Assembly (NCBI GenBank): GCA_965235115.1
Contig: OZ249444.1
Coordinates: 5,146,001-5,210,000, forward strand
Length of the DNA stretch: 64,000 nucleotides
Origin: Laetmonice hystrix
Taxonomy: Eukaryota
Direction of reading: 5' to 3'
The position numbers and the translations under genes were made by a program. Every line of letters begins with the position of its first letter. Position 1 is the first letter of the stretch. This document shows, one piece after another, positions 1 to 12,302 of this stretch. The notes below the pieces were generated by a model. That model worked only from the letters and a program-made list of their open reading frames with translations. It made no database searches and was not told the origin of the DNA.

Positions 1-1076
1 TAGTACAGTTGTTATTATATGGATGTGCCGATAATCGTAAATATTTCAGGTGACAATTCCTCCAACAACATTGCCAGCTCCGAAATGAATATTGGATGGT
101 AGTCCTGTTCACCTGGGCCCAATTTCTCAAATTTTAAGTTCTTGCTTGAGCTACGTAAGGCTTCTGTTTGGCTGGCCTGCTTAAGCTTCAGAAAGAACTT
201 AGATTTTGAGGCTCCTGGTCATATAGTGACGTCACAGGGTGCTGGCGAATATACTTGAGAGGAGCACGCAGATGAACGTGTTCACCGAGTATAATAAAGT
301 GACACGGAACTTTTGATTGAAACCTGCAATTTGTAGAGTCTGGTAACGACGTTTTAATCCGTAATATTTGGAGTAAAGCAATTTCCATTAGGACCTCGGC
401 CCCAACAGCCATCCTGCAGGTGCCTGGAAGACGAGGCGCAGATGTGATATATTCGTCAGGCATGAGGCAAGCGGCTTCAAATTATCATAGAATAGGCACA
501 CACAAATAATTACACTTTAATGTAATTGTTGTAGACAATCATGTCGGAGACAATCCGAAATAATTAGGAACTGGCTTTAGTGGGATTGTTCTAAATTAAT
601 CATTTCTTGGCTGATACCTTCGATGCTGATGCCCCATAGATGTCCTTCTGCTAATTAGACAGACTTAAAATACAGAACACTGCTAATTAGTCAGATTGAG
701 TATTTCGTGAAGTATAATTAGATTTTGAGTTTTTCCCCTTTCCGAATTCTTAACCGTTAGTTTATTGCATTTTATATGCATTTGAACCGTGTGTATCATG
801 GTAGATTACTCAAGTAATTGCGAAGCATATATATTAGTCATACCGCAATGTGATTATCTTTCGGTTTGACCTTCTCGCTGTCTTGCTGGCCTGACATTCC
901 TCTTATCGGTCGCTTCAGTGGTTTGCTTGAACGATTTTATCTTCATCTAATAATTTACTTGTATTAGTTCCATGGCCGTGTGTCCAAAATTAGGGCGAGT
1001 CGCGCCTGGCACATCTCTGCCATCTTTGTTTACGGACGACATTGAAGCACGGGCACTTGTACAGAGTAAAGATACT

Positions 1077-1441
1077 ATGTTTCACACATGTCTGTCAGCC
1101 TCTGGGCGAATAGTCTGGGCGTAGGTATACTTTCCTTCCCTAACCCTAGGGACTAGACCTGATCACATCATAATTTTTCTTACGCGTGGCGCCTACTGCT
1201 AGATTTCCGGTAAACTGACCAATCAGCTGCGAGCAAACCCGAAACTGAAACCAGCACAAGTAAGTAGGCTTCCGAATAGTCCGGTGGAAGAACTTCCGTT
1301 TTCGTAACGCTATGGCGTGGGAGTGATACGGCCGTGGGGGATTCTATATCTATATTCTTACCCGTGACGTCACGGCAGTTCCCTGACTTGAGCCCTGAAA
1401 CCTTGTAAACGGGCCGCTTATGTACTCAACGCTCGCGAACA
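1077..1441 (+). mobile_element. Copy of an unclassified interspersed repeat, inverted relative to 5860-6134
   Basis: 1077-1252 aligns by eye (roughly 80%) to the reverse complement of 5957-6134, e.g. CCCTAGGGACTAGACCTGATCACA and TGACCAATCAGCTGC. Homology resumes at about 1397-1441. Confidence 0.8.
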
Positions 1442-1835
1442 AATCGGAGATAGGAACTTGGCAAGACCCTCTGCTTGGGCCGCTGAGGGTCTGGATGATC
1501 AAGACTGGTCCCGGATAGGCCTATGTCCAAATACTAACAATAATAAAACTCCCCAATAAAAGAACGGTGAGTTTCAAGCTAGCAGTGTTTTGCCTAAACA
1601 AACTAAGGATGATTTTGCTCTGTAAATGGGCAGATCCAGTGTTTGTCATTAGATGCTAATCTGATAGGGCTCTACCCATGGAGTTGTCCCACTGCTGTCA
1701 TAGGTCAGTGTCAAGCAGGATTCCAGGCCGGACCTATTTCTGAGTCCCATCAGCTTACACAGCATCCATGAGGGATCCATGATCCAGTAGGTTATGTGAT
1801 GGGAGAATCAATGCATGTCTCCTGTGTGCTCTCAC

Positions 1836-2036
1836 CCCGACAAGGTGTCACTAAGAATTCCTGCCATGTTAGAGTGAGCGGCTGGTTGGGTTGAGGGCGG
1901 TCCAGGGTCAGAGTTGATGGCTTAGAGGCGCTGTTTTGTCCTTGACGGGCTGGAAAATTTGACTTTGCCCGCCGTTGGTACTCTCCCTGTCCCAAGGGTG
2001 ATGACAAGTAGATACCACGCCATAGGGAGGTTTGTC
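1836..2036 (-). CDS. Candidate exon (phase 1-1, 201 nt)
   Basis: Acceptor gtgtccctttag| and donor cggg|gtgaga; open frame GQTSLWRGIYLSS...VTPCR. No recognisable domain. Confidence 0.22.
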
Positions 2037-3278
2037 CTAAAGGGACACTGACATGAAATAAATATCCCGTTTGCACTGATGTATATTTTCATGGAGCGTG
2101 CAATGCGGAGAAAGAGGGGGCCAGGGACCTTTCCATATGGTTTCCATAGTAACAGCTGACATCTCAGCGTCGTGTTTGACGAGTGGTTTGAAATATTGAT
2201 GTGGCAGTGGTGGATGCTAGTGTCCGGCTGACTGCGGGGGTGGGGGTGGGGGGGGGGGGGGTTACTGACTGTTTGCCCGGTGTAAGGGGCAGGGAGAATG
2301 GCTCGGATAAAGTTGTCATGGTCATGAGGAGGAGGAGGACAGCCCAGAGTTCTGTCTGACAGATACAAGATAATACCAGACGTTTGCCCCCAAGGCTCCC
2401 GACTGATAGAAGGAGGATTTTTTTATAAAGCACATCGAGCAAGGTATGAGGCAAATTAAGAAGCGGGCATATATAATGTCCGTCTCGTTAGACAAGTGAG
2501 GGAAAGAGAGGAGACCGTTTCTTGGCTATGTAAGACTTCCCCATTATCCCCGAAAAAGGGGGTAAATAACGGTGACAAATAAAGTAGCCTACACAGAAAT
2601 CGTCCCTAACTTTTTTGTGAAAGAAAGCTCTAGCAGCGCCTTAAATTGCAGCAGCCGAGGCTAAGTTTCCGAAAAAAGTATAAATCCAGACCACCGCCTC
2701 TGCCAAATTTCCTTCAAACTTACGGCCCTGGCGGATGGCACTCAGCGGATATTGGGTCGTGCCTCCTTTGAGTTGCAAAAATGGGTAAAATACCGTAAAA
2801 ATGACTTCTTGACAAAATAAGGTTTGAGTTTATAATATATGGTGTATGGTTTTAGGTCACTTTCGCTTTTCATGTAATGCATCATGCCCCCCCCCCCCCT
2901 TCAAAATTATGTCTGAGTGGTTCCTGAAGTTTTTGTGTTTTTGTGGCTTGATCATCGTTAATCAGTCACCATAGCCAGGTTGATCTCGTCGAAACATCAA
3001 GACGATTCCCCACTGTACTGAACCAATTCAAGTGGCGCCCTCATGCGGGATATCAGTATTAAGGGGGATAAATGCGGTGACACAGCGACGTGTTAGTGAC
3101 GTCATTGACGGTCACAAACCGTGAAACAGCGCTGATCGATAGGCTACGGACGATGGACACCAGAGGCTGAGAGAGAGAGAGATTTGTCAACCAGTCACAC
3201 TTGACTATAATCCTCAGATAGATTTCTACCAAAGGGAAGTAAATCGCATCATAGGAGAGTCGAGATACGAAACTCCAG

Positions 3279-3417
3279 GGCCCGGTTTTTTGGTTGAGCT
3301 TGAGACGAAAACCTCGTCTCAAGCTCACGGCCCTATAGGAGTCGACTCATAGGGCCGTGAGCTTGAGACGAGGTTTTCGTCTCAAACTTGACTCAAGCTC
3401 AACCAAAAAACCGGGCC
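3279..3417. mobile_element. 139-bp fully palindromic PIF/Harbinger-like MITE
   Basis: GGCCCGGTTTTTTGGTTGAGCTTGAG terminus inverted at both ends; the whole element is self-complementary apart from an 11-bp extra segment. CAG 3-bp TSD (3276-3278, 3418-3420). The superfamily is inferred from GGC termini plus a 3-bp TSD. Confidence 0.75.
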
Positions 3418-5565
3418 CAGGGAGCTTTGGTGGATTTCTGAGCTGTGGAGTCACCTTAGGGAGGGAGAGTTGCTCCCGGGAGAGTTTAACTTTAATGAAA
3501 TGGAAATTACTTTTCATCATTTTCCAGATGTTATTCTCACGTGTAAGCATGGCATCAGATACGGTCTCATGTGAGATTAATGGACCGGTTTTATGTCGCC
3601 CTTGCGACACAGGTCGGCGGCCAGGAATGGGATGGGATCTATGGGAGAGAATACCTATTGTATCCACGAGACGCGAGACAGTGAGGATGTAGGCACTTGA
3701 AAGGAACAACTTGCCAACAGAGACGGTTGGACATACCAAAGCCTTTCATGACCCAGTTGTGGAGCACTGGGGAAGTCCAAATAAAGAAATGGTACATCGC
3801 CCCATTCGTCGCCGCTTACAAACACCCAGTGGTAGCACTGAGGGGCATTCTAACCCCTTAAAGTGTTTCCTAAGCGTGTGACTGTCGTTTACTTGCCATT
3901 GAGTAAACGTGAGACGTATTAAGTATAAGTTATGTGTCGTGTTTCTTTATCAGGGGCAGTCATGGATACACAATCCCCATTTCAATCTTTTATGCGAGGA
4001 TTAAACTTGTCAGATTACTGATGGAATAATCCGTGGGGCGATAACCACTTATATCCCCTTTGATGAAGGTAATCCTTTTGCCCCATATCTCCATCCATGT
4101 GCGTAACCCTACTTTGATGGATTAAAAGGTGTCGTTTCATTGAGACATGAAACACATCGTACTTGGAAAGCTGTAAAACGTTACACACGGTTTTGATATC
4201 TTATACTGGTTATAAAACGGATCTGGGTTTTCCATGTCAATAGGCCTACTTTGATTATAATGTTGTGTGCGCAACCGGCGATAACCCACTCTTAGTTCAA
4301 CACTTGAAAGGGTGTACATGTCGAAAGGAACCAATATTGAACCACCTTCCTTTGATCTTTAAAGTTAGTAAGAATGTAATGAAGCGAGAGATAGGATCAA
4401 AGGTCTAGTTCTTTGTAATGTGCAGACAGCCATTCCGACATTATATCCAAAGATCTTTATTATCAGACAGGTGCAAGGCCGGCCATCTTATTGATTGTCC
4501 TTTGAACGTATGACCTGCGCCTTTTTTTCTTCACATGTGCACTAGAGATCGCGGATCCAATACCAGTACCTTACGTATGTTAAGGGGGTTCCCACTATTT
4601 GTAAAAATATTCCATTGGGGTGTGTCTGTGTCAAATGATACTTCTTAAACTGAGGGGTTATGTGCCCCATGCCCGTTTTTCTCCGCTAAAGTATTTTTTT
4701 ATGCTTAGGATTAGTTATAGAAATATTTTCTTGGATAAATGTCAGATTTCATTGCCAGAGAATCAGCTTAAATCTTTTGGCCCTTAAGTGCTTCAGCTTG
4801 GCCTACAGGTTGAACTGTGTAACTTTACAATGCTTTTTTTTTCTTTCTGTTTTCATCAAGCTCCGTCCAGTTTCTCTCCTTGTGTGTGTAAATGTTCCGT
4901 TGGCCGTGTGTAAATGTGAGCCATGGCCCAAGGCCAATTGACCCGCTATGGCCGACGTTTGTGGGACGTGCAATGTCGGTGTCACGTAACGTTGGACCTA
5001 ACGTCATCACGCGAGTATAAGCGTGCCCATTTGACGTTTTGTATATAGACAATAGCACAATGTGAAGATTGTCGGTGGCGTCACTGATCAAATGACATGT
5101 AATTCCAAAACGTACACAGACCGGGATATATGATCGCATTGTTTCAAGATGAAAAAGTATAAAAAGCGGAGTTTAAAATGTCTGTTCTTTTTGGTTGACG
5201 TTGATGTGAAGGACATTGGTCGTATTGGAACGCGTGGTTTCAGTAACACATTATCCATCACGCATAATGGCGTCGCTTTCGTCAACTATGTACATGATAG
5301 CTTGGCAGTTGGCAACACTTCCATAGTGATTCATAACGTGGTTCAATCAAGAGAGCCAGTCCCCCAACACATCTCGCCGTACTGTTGTGTCCAAGTAGGA
5401 TGGTATTTAAAGGGACGATATTCATCTAAAATTATGTCTGAGAAGTTATATTTTGCGAAAGGTTTTTGCACGGATAATAGCTAGAATCCCCACACCCGGG
5501 ACAGTGCTAGGAGACAGTGGACCGATCATAGCATGTTTACAACCGTTTAAACTTAGGGAATGAAA

Positions 5566-6134
5566 GTGACGTCACAGACAAGTTTAATTTTGCCAGTTCC
5601 GGGGAATACGTCGCTTGGCGGTTAAACAATTGGCCAAACTTTACGACATCCCCCACCTAGCTGATGGCAAAATCATTTGCAAGTTTGCACACGTTATTTC
5701 TGGCATTGAATGATAAGTTTAAATCTAGCATCAAAATATTTTTAACTGTGTCTATTTCTGCACATGCCGGGTGTTTACAATCCTGCGGTATTCCCCCGGA
5801 AGTGTCTGTTTTGATCATCCAGACTCAGCAGAGTGTCTTAACAAGTTTGTATCTCCGTGTTGTTCGTTCAAAAGCGGCCCGTTTACTAGCCTGGTCCTCA
5901 GGTCTATATACAAACATAGCGTCTTTTTGGCAGGGGACCAGGCTATCCGTTTACAAGGTTTCGGTTTCCGGTTTGCTTGCAGCTGATTGGTCAATTTACC
6001 CGAAATCTAGCAATAGGCGCCACGCGAAAGAAAAAATATATATTATCTGGTGTGATCAGGTCTAGTCCCTAGGGGTATGGAAGGGAAGTATACCTAGGCT
6101 CGGACTATTCGGCCACAGACATGTGTGAAACATT
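5566..6134 (-). mobile_element. Longest copy of the same interspersed repeat family
   Basis: 5860-6134 matches 1077-1441 inverted. 5566-5805 matches 36671-36853 inverted (GCCAGTTCCGGGGAATA, TTATTTCTGGCA, CAAAATATTTTTAACT, TGTTTACAATCCTGCG). Confidence 0.8.
5887..5945. mobile_element. 59-bp miniature TIR element (TAG..CTA termini, 9-bp TSD)
   Basis: 11-bp perfect TIR TAGCCTGGTCC/GGACCAGGCTA; flanks CCCGTTTAC and TCCGTTTAC. The paralogous repeat at 1405-1413 has a single GTAAACGGG (empty site). Confidence 0.8.
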
Positions 6135-7109
6135 ATGATCGGTGTTGATCATGGTGTTAGGCTTAGTCAATCATTAATACCTACTGACTGAGACGCATTC
6201 GGAACTACGGAATCCGCTTAGGACACGGGGGGGGGGTGCTACGACTACGCCATCCTGCGACGAACAAATACAAGACACAAACTTGCCCAGACTCTCGCGA
6301 AGTAATTAGCGAATCGGGTGACACAGACAGTTTCACTCCCTGCTCCGCTGTGTCTGGATTTCGGTCCCGTCGGGATCGCAAAATATTCTTCCATATTAGT
6401 TGGCCTCATAATCATGTTCTTTACAAGCAGTATGGATTAAAACAATTTGTTCTTAAGAGATCATGTTTCGTATTCGTAAGTGCATCACATTTTTCAACGT
6501 TATGTCAGGCACCGAACTGCGTGTTCTTGCAAATATTGACGTGAAGGCTAAAACCACGAATTAAAGGCCAGACAAACGTCCGTGATAGTGCTTAATGTTT
6601 CTTTTATGCTAGACCATTTGTATTAAGGCTAAATCAAATAACATTTTGTAAACACTAGGTGGTCGTCGTATTATTTTCTGCGATCTTTTAAATGGACTGT
6701 TAAGCTCGTTGATCTTTACTAAATGAAACATTTTCTAAAAAAAAAGAATTCTTCAAGCGGAATCCTTTTAGAATCTGCCACTTTTTCATGATTTAACTTT
6801 AATATCTAGGCATATTACGGAATTTCTTTGAATTGGATGATTATCCCAGTGGTTCTAAGAATCGGCCTAAACCCTTTTCCGGGAAGAGATCCCCTTTTCT
6901 GCGATTCTGAAGCGTGATTCCGTGAATATGGACTTTACAGCACCTAATTACTGTACTGGAGACGTACGGAGACCATTATAGGGATTGCTTTATGTTCTGA
7001 TCGTGTGACAGCCTGCAGTCAGAGAGACAACATGTATGTGTTCACCATTGTTGTAAATAATGATTTATCTGACACAAAACGGTCGAATCTATGGGCTGGA
7101 GCGCTTCCA

Positions 7110-7314
7110 GTCACGCATGGAAGTAAGTCAATCTAGGCTGCAGTCGTCCTGGCGTGCATGGAGCTTGGTAAATCTAGGCTGCGGTCGTGCATGGAGGTTG
7201 GTAAATCTAGGCTGGAGTCGTCCTGTCGTGCATGGAGGTTGGTAATTCCCGGCTGCGGTCGTGCATGGAGCTTGGTAAATCTCGGCTGCGGTCGTGCATG
7301 GAGCTTGGTAAATC
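7110..7314 (+). repeat. Minisatellite, 33-bp unit GTCGTGCATGGAGCTTGGTAAATCTAGGCTGCG, about 6 copies
   Basis: Direct tandem copies; two carry an 8-9 bp GTCGTCCT insert. Confidence 0.9.
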
Positions 7315-7499
7315 AAAATGCACGTATAACGCGCATTTCGTTTTGACTCTTGCTGCATGTCATTTTGTCAAGCAGTTTACCGACCGCTATTTCGGATGTA
7401 TTTCATGTCTGCCAATGAAGTTTCTAGTATAATGTGGGGCGCAGCCGTTGAAGAAGCAGTTTCGTATCGGGAGCCAGAAAATAAGAGGGAAAACTATTT

Positions 7500-7520
7500 G
7501 TGACAGGCTCTGTCAAAACC
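7500..7520 (+). repeat. Left terminal inverted repeat of the Sola element
   Basis: 21/21 match to the reverse complement of 12282-12302. Confidence 0.92.
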
Positions 7521-7867
7521 CGCCGCATGTCGCACCAGTTGATGTTGACTTAGACCTAAAAAACAATGCAAATGCAAATCTGGGTCGAAAATTCGTTTTC
7601 AACGTAAAACCACAATTTGATGTCTGTATTTTTATTTCAAACAGTTTTCAGGACAATAACAACATTTTCAATGCCCGAATTATTGATATTTTGGAAAGGT
7701 AGAGGCCCAAAATTAGCTGCAAAATGGCCCAAGCAATGCTGAAATTACCGTTGTTTGATCGGTGTGCTGGCCGAACACTTGATGGGGAACCCCCTACATT
7801 TGGTACCTAAATAAAGCTCAGATTGTCATCTTACACGTCATAATACATAATTCATGGGTTTCCCATC

Positions 7868-7965
7868 CGGGCAGCCAATGAGAGTGTTCGATTATTGTAA
7901 ACAATCTGCCACTGTTGCTAGGTTAGCCCATTTATTTACAATATACAAGCGCTGATTGGTCAGAA
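7868..7965 (+). promoter_or_regulatory. Putative transposase promoter with two CCAAT boxes
   Basis: gcagCCAATgag near 7872 and ctgATTGGtc near 7955, about 180-260 bp upstream of the ATG at 8136. Motif match only. Confidence 0.3.
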
Positions 7966-8135
7966 TTGGGGTCACGACCCTCTCGCCCTATGCATCCTGG
8001 GAAATTGGTGCTGGGAACTGCCGGATGACAGCGCCGAGGAAGGCGTGTTTATTTTGTTTCACAGGTATCTCACAATTTATTTTCTGCAAAGCAGCATCCA
8101 TATGTCATGATTGATGGTAAAGAATAACTCTCAGA

Positions 8136-11100
8136 ATGAGTACAAAGGAAGACTGTATCGCAAGAGCTCTAAATCAGTTGTCTTTGGCGAATCTACGTGG
8201 CGCGAGTTCTGCCGCTGGCTGGGACAGTGTGATCAGCGACTACTTCTTAGATGACGATAATGTTATCAACAATGCCAACGGCAACGGTGAGACACTCTCT
8301 GATGATTCAGATAGTTGTTCAGATGATGATGAAGTAATTTCTGAACTTGGGGCTGAAGTGAATGATGGACTAGATGATTCTGACCTCGAGAGTGATGCTG
8401 TCCACCTTAACGGTACTGCTTGTGCCAGTGATGACGATTTCGACATAGCAGACTCGCCTGAGCTTTCAGTAGGGGTTGAAAATGTAATGCAAACTGTAGA
8501 CTGTGTTGAGGAATCAAAAGATGAGGAACTTCAGAAGATATCCGACTTTGTGTGTGACTGTTCAATACGCAGGAAAGGACAGCCAGGCACGTCATGTTCA
8601 AAGAAACTTTTGCCAGAGTTCATATACAAGACAAGGTTGGAAATGTCGGAACTCTCATCGGATGAGAAGGACTTGATACTTCTAGGAAAGATTAGCTGCA
8701 TGACAAATCTCAGTCCTGAAACTCAGCGTTCCAAGAAAGTCTTACAAAAGCAACGACAGCACCAAAAAACCTCATATTTAATTGAAGGGCAGCAAGTGTG
8801 TCGGCACACATTTCGTTTCGTTCATGGGTAAGTGTTCTATATTTTCTGTAGAATCTAATTTTATTAAATATAACACAGGGGTAATTCGTTTGACTTATTA
8901 CTGACAGGCAAGGGTTAAGGTTAGGTCTAGGGTTAGTGTTAGTTTAGTCCCAAAATTGATGTTAATTAGGAACTAATTAAAAAATCTGCTATATTCTGCC
9001 GTCATGCAGACATCTAATCTAGTATTGCGGTCACATGGAAGACCCATCCGTAGCCTACACAAGCAGAATAACTACTGCCTAAATATAAATATTAATGGTA
9101 TTGTATCACTCAGGAGACTATAGTCTATTTCCTTTTCTTTTAGTCTTTTTTTTTTTGGGGGGGGGGGGGGTCAAAAGGCAATCAGCATGAACAAGATAAA
9201 TTATAATTTATGCAAGCAACTAATTGCTAGGGGGATTTGGCCTGCTTTCAGATTTGGAAAGGGTTATAATTTGTTTTTTTTGGCAATAAAAAATTTTTTT
9301 TCATTTCCAGAGTTCAGTATCTGCTTGTAGCATGTTTAAATTTTCAGTGTACACATGTATTAGCTATTTGCAGATGGGGAAAACTGAATGTAGTGTGAGC
9401 AAAACAATTCCAAATGTTGCTGAATATGACAGGATTTCAATAATTAATAAAATATCATCTAATTTTCAACATGTCCTTTTTGATTGACTGTTTTTAGCAT
9501 AGGCCAACATACACTGAATCAGCTCTTCAGTTGGTACAAAGAACAAGGTCTCATGCCCCGGGAGAAGAAACGTGGTGGAAGACGGAACCACAAGCTCCTT
9601 TTGAAACATGATGACATTGTCCGAGTAGTATCATTCATTACCAACTATGCTGAAGATCACGCTGTTGTACTTCCGGGTAGACACCCTGGTCAACGACGAT
9701 ATGGAGATGCCAAACTGCTTCCTTCGAATGTGACAAAAGCTTCAGTGTGGAGATTGTATCAAGATGTAATGAATGATCAAGGTAAGATGCTTTCACTCAG
9801 GTCATTCAGGGGCAGAAAAGAATCCGTTCTATATCCTTACAGGAATTTGGCAAATGTTTCGATTATGGCTAATTTGGATATTATATCCCAAAAATTCTTA
9901 AATTAAAAAAATGATATGTCAATTATCATACTTACCATTCATAAAAAATTTCATTCAGGCCAACGTGCAGTTCAAAAAAGCACCTTCAGAAAACTTTGGA
10001 AGACCCTTCTGCCTCACATAGTTCGGACAAAGCCCATGTCCGATCTATGCTGGGAGTGTCAAAGGAACAATTATGCAGTTTACCGAAGTGCAAACCTCCC
10101 AGATTGTGTTAAGAGTGCCAAGTTACGAAAGCAGGAAAAGCACCTACTGACAGTCAAAAAAGAACGCTCCTACTATCAACTGATGGTGAAAAACTGTAAA
10201 GAAACATGCCACAATCATGGTATAACCAAGCTTCAAGCAACAGAACCAGCTAGTCACGACATTTGTGTACATTACAGCTTTGACTATGCCCAGCAGGTTG
10301 GTCTGAACGACGACAGCATTCTTTTCAAAACGAGAAATAAATTTACACTTGACAATTTCACAGTCACCACTGCTATCTAAGCACTTGAAATTCATTGAAT
10401 TTATTTGACAAAAGTGAATCCTCTGAATTTTTGACATCTGTAAACTGACTTCTTTTTTCTTTCATTTCTTTTCATTTCAGGTGCACTTCCCATCTGACCC
10501 CCTCCAGCCTGGACCCATATATTTCCTTACTCCACGGAAGTGTGCATTGTTTGGAATAAACTGTGAGGGCATCCCACAACAAGTCAACTACTTGGTGGAT
10601 GAGGGAATGGCGTCTAGCAAAGGGAGCAACAGCGTGATAAGTTACTTGCACCACTTTTTTTCTAACTATGGTTTGGGTGAAAAGCATGTAGATCTCCACT
10701 GTGACAATTGTAGCGGTCAAAACAAAAACCGTTATGTTTTATGGTATCTTGCTTGGAGGACAATACATGGATTGCACTGCTCAGTTTCTCTGAACTTTCT
10801 TGTAGTGGGACACACAAAGTTCGCCCCGGATTGGTGCTTCGGCCTATTGAAACAGATGTACAGGAGGACAAAAGTCAGCTGTTTGGACGACATTGCCAAT
10901 GTAGTCAAGAACAGTACGGTGTCAAATGTCAATCTCCCCCAGCTTGTTGGCAGAGAAGATGGAACAGTATTTGTCCCCACGTTTGACTGGCAGACGTTCC
11001 TGTCGCCCTATTTCCGACCTCTTGCACAAATCAAGAGTTTTCATCATTTCAAGTGAGCATTGCCAATATTTCTGTCAACTTTTTTCTGGAAAAAACAAAC

Positions 11101-11427
11101 ATCCCAAACCCTGTTCTATACATGCAATCATTATGATATATGTTGCTTTATGCATTCTTATAATAGTGTTTTCTGTTTTCCTGTCATTGCAGCTTTGATT
11201 CATCCAGTCCTGGAAAAATTGTTGCCAAGATGTACTCTGATTCAGAGGAGGTGACCTCTTTCCAGCTCCTCAAGAACCCTGCTAAACTCCCACCAGTTCA
11301 ACTTCCGGATGCTGTTCCACCCCCTGGCCTGGATGCCAAGAGACAAAAGTACCTTTTTGAACATATCAGGGATTTCTGTGATGAGGATTCGAAGGATATC
11401 ACTTGCCCAAAGCCAAGAAAGAAATAA
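8136..11427 (+). CDS. Sola-type DDD transposase, 706 aa, join(8136-8827,9498-9781,9959-10296,10481-11052,11193-11427)
   Basis: Four GT-AG introns (gtaagt..tttag, gtaaga..ttcag, gttggt..tttcag, gtgagc..ttgcag) with matching phases 2,1,0,2. Exons sum to 2121 nt = 706 codons + TAA. Motifs: SFDYAQQ (D434), HCDNCSGQNKN (D513), GHTKFAPDWCFG (D555), a CWEC Cys pair and an acidic N-terminus. It joins the ORF-track pieces at 8136, 9484, 9916, 10481 and 11230. Confidence 0.88.
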
Positions 11428-12281
11428 TCATGACTGTTCGACTTCAGTGAAAACTATGAAGTTGCCTGTTCCTCCATTCTATGGCAACTTAAAACAGTGA
11501 CTATTTCAGTACAGTACATTTACTGTGTTGTCTTTAATAGGAAGTAGGGATGTGCACAAATGTATCTTCTGTGCTTAGCTGTAAGAGAAGGTTAGGATTT
11601 TAGGTAAAAGGTCAATTCATGTTTTCCCAGTTCAGTCAGCAGAGGCTGCTAAAAAACTGTCACGAGGAGATCATAGTAGCAATTTTGACAATCAACCTGA
11701 CAATGTACCTTGGATTATAATCCTGGATTCTCAACCTCCCTGATTTTATGAGCTATTTTTTATTCACTACGTACTGTAATCTCAGTAGAAACCTTGATCA
11801 ATTAGCAACATATCAATTGAGTTTTAATTTATTTTGTTAAATGCGGTCAGACAGAGACAGTGAGTGCCGTGTGGTGTCGTACGGTGCGGCTCTGTGCCAT
11901 CAGGTTTTGAGCACTACTGAATCCAAGATGGCCGCCAGAGATCACGTGACTATAAATAGAAATTTCTATGAACTAGGATAATGGAAACTTAATTATTTTG
12001 CTCAGAATTGCCAGAAATATCGTTGTACCAAATCTTGTGAGTGTATCTTAAAAAATAAATCTTGGTTGCTAAGGAGATTTTTGGAAAGAGTGTTGTATAC
12101 TTTCGGCGGCCTTTTTCTCCGATTTCTATCTCAGCCGTTTAGTCATCTTCCATATCTTCAAGGTGTCGTAACTTAGTCAAGAAAAGTCCGATTTTGATAA
12201 TTCTTTCACCAACTGAAAGCCGAAAACGCCCCCTTTCCTCTATACAGTTATCTTAGTTTGTGATATTTGGACCATGTGGAT

Positions 12282-12302
12282 GGTTTTGACAGAGCCTGTC
12301 AC
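12282..12302 (-). repeat. Right terminal inverted repeat of the Sola element
   Basis: 21/21 match to the reverse complement of 7500-7520; followed by the ATTT TSD. Confidence 0.92.

Larger units (their letters stand above)
7500..12302 (+). mobile_element. Full-length autonomous Sola-superfamily (probably Sola1) DNA transposon, 4,803 bp
   Basis: Seen: the left end GTGACAGGCTCTGTCAAAACC (7500-7520) is the exact reverse complement of the right end (12282-12302), with imperfect extension to about 30 bp. ATTT flanks both ends (7496-7499, 12303-12306). The element encloses a transposase gene. Known: a DDD transposase with a 4-bp AWWT TSD is typical of Sola1; Sola2 has GRG termini and Sola3 has a TTAA TSD. 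Confidence 0.88.

Noticed and set aside
3347-3739. Opposing 111-130 aa ORFs beginning or ending in MSLRRGFRLKL
   Set aside because: The shared peptide comes from the palindromic MITE at 3279-3417.
3059-3861. Possible TTAA-flanked element of about 800 bp
   Set aside because: The putative TIRs match only 9/13, which is chance level.
7060-7432. Short repetitive ORFs (MELGKSRLRSC...)
   Set aside because: Derived from the 33-bp tandem repeat and outside the Sola TIR.
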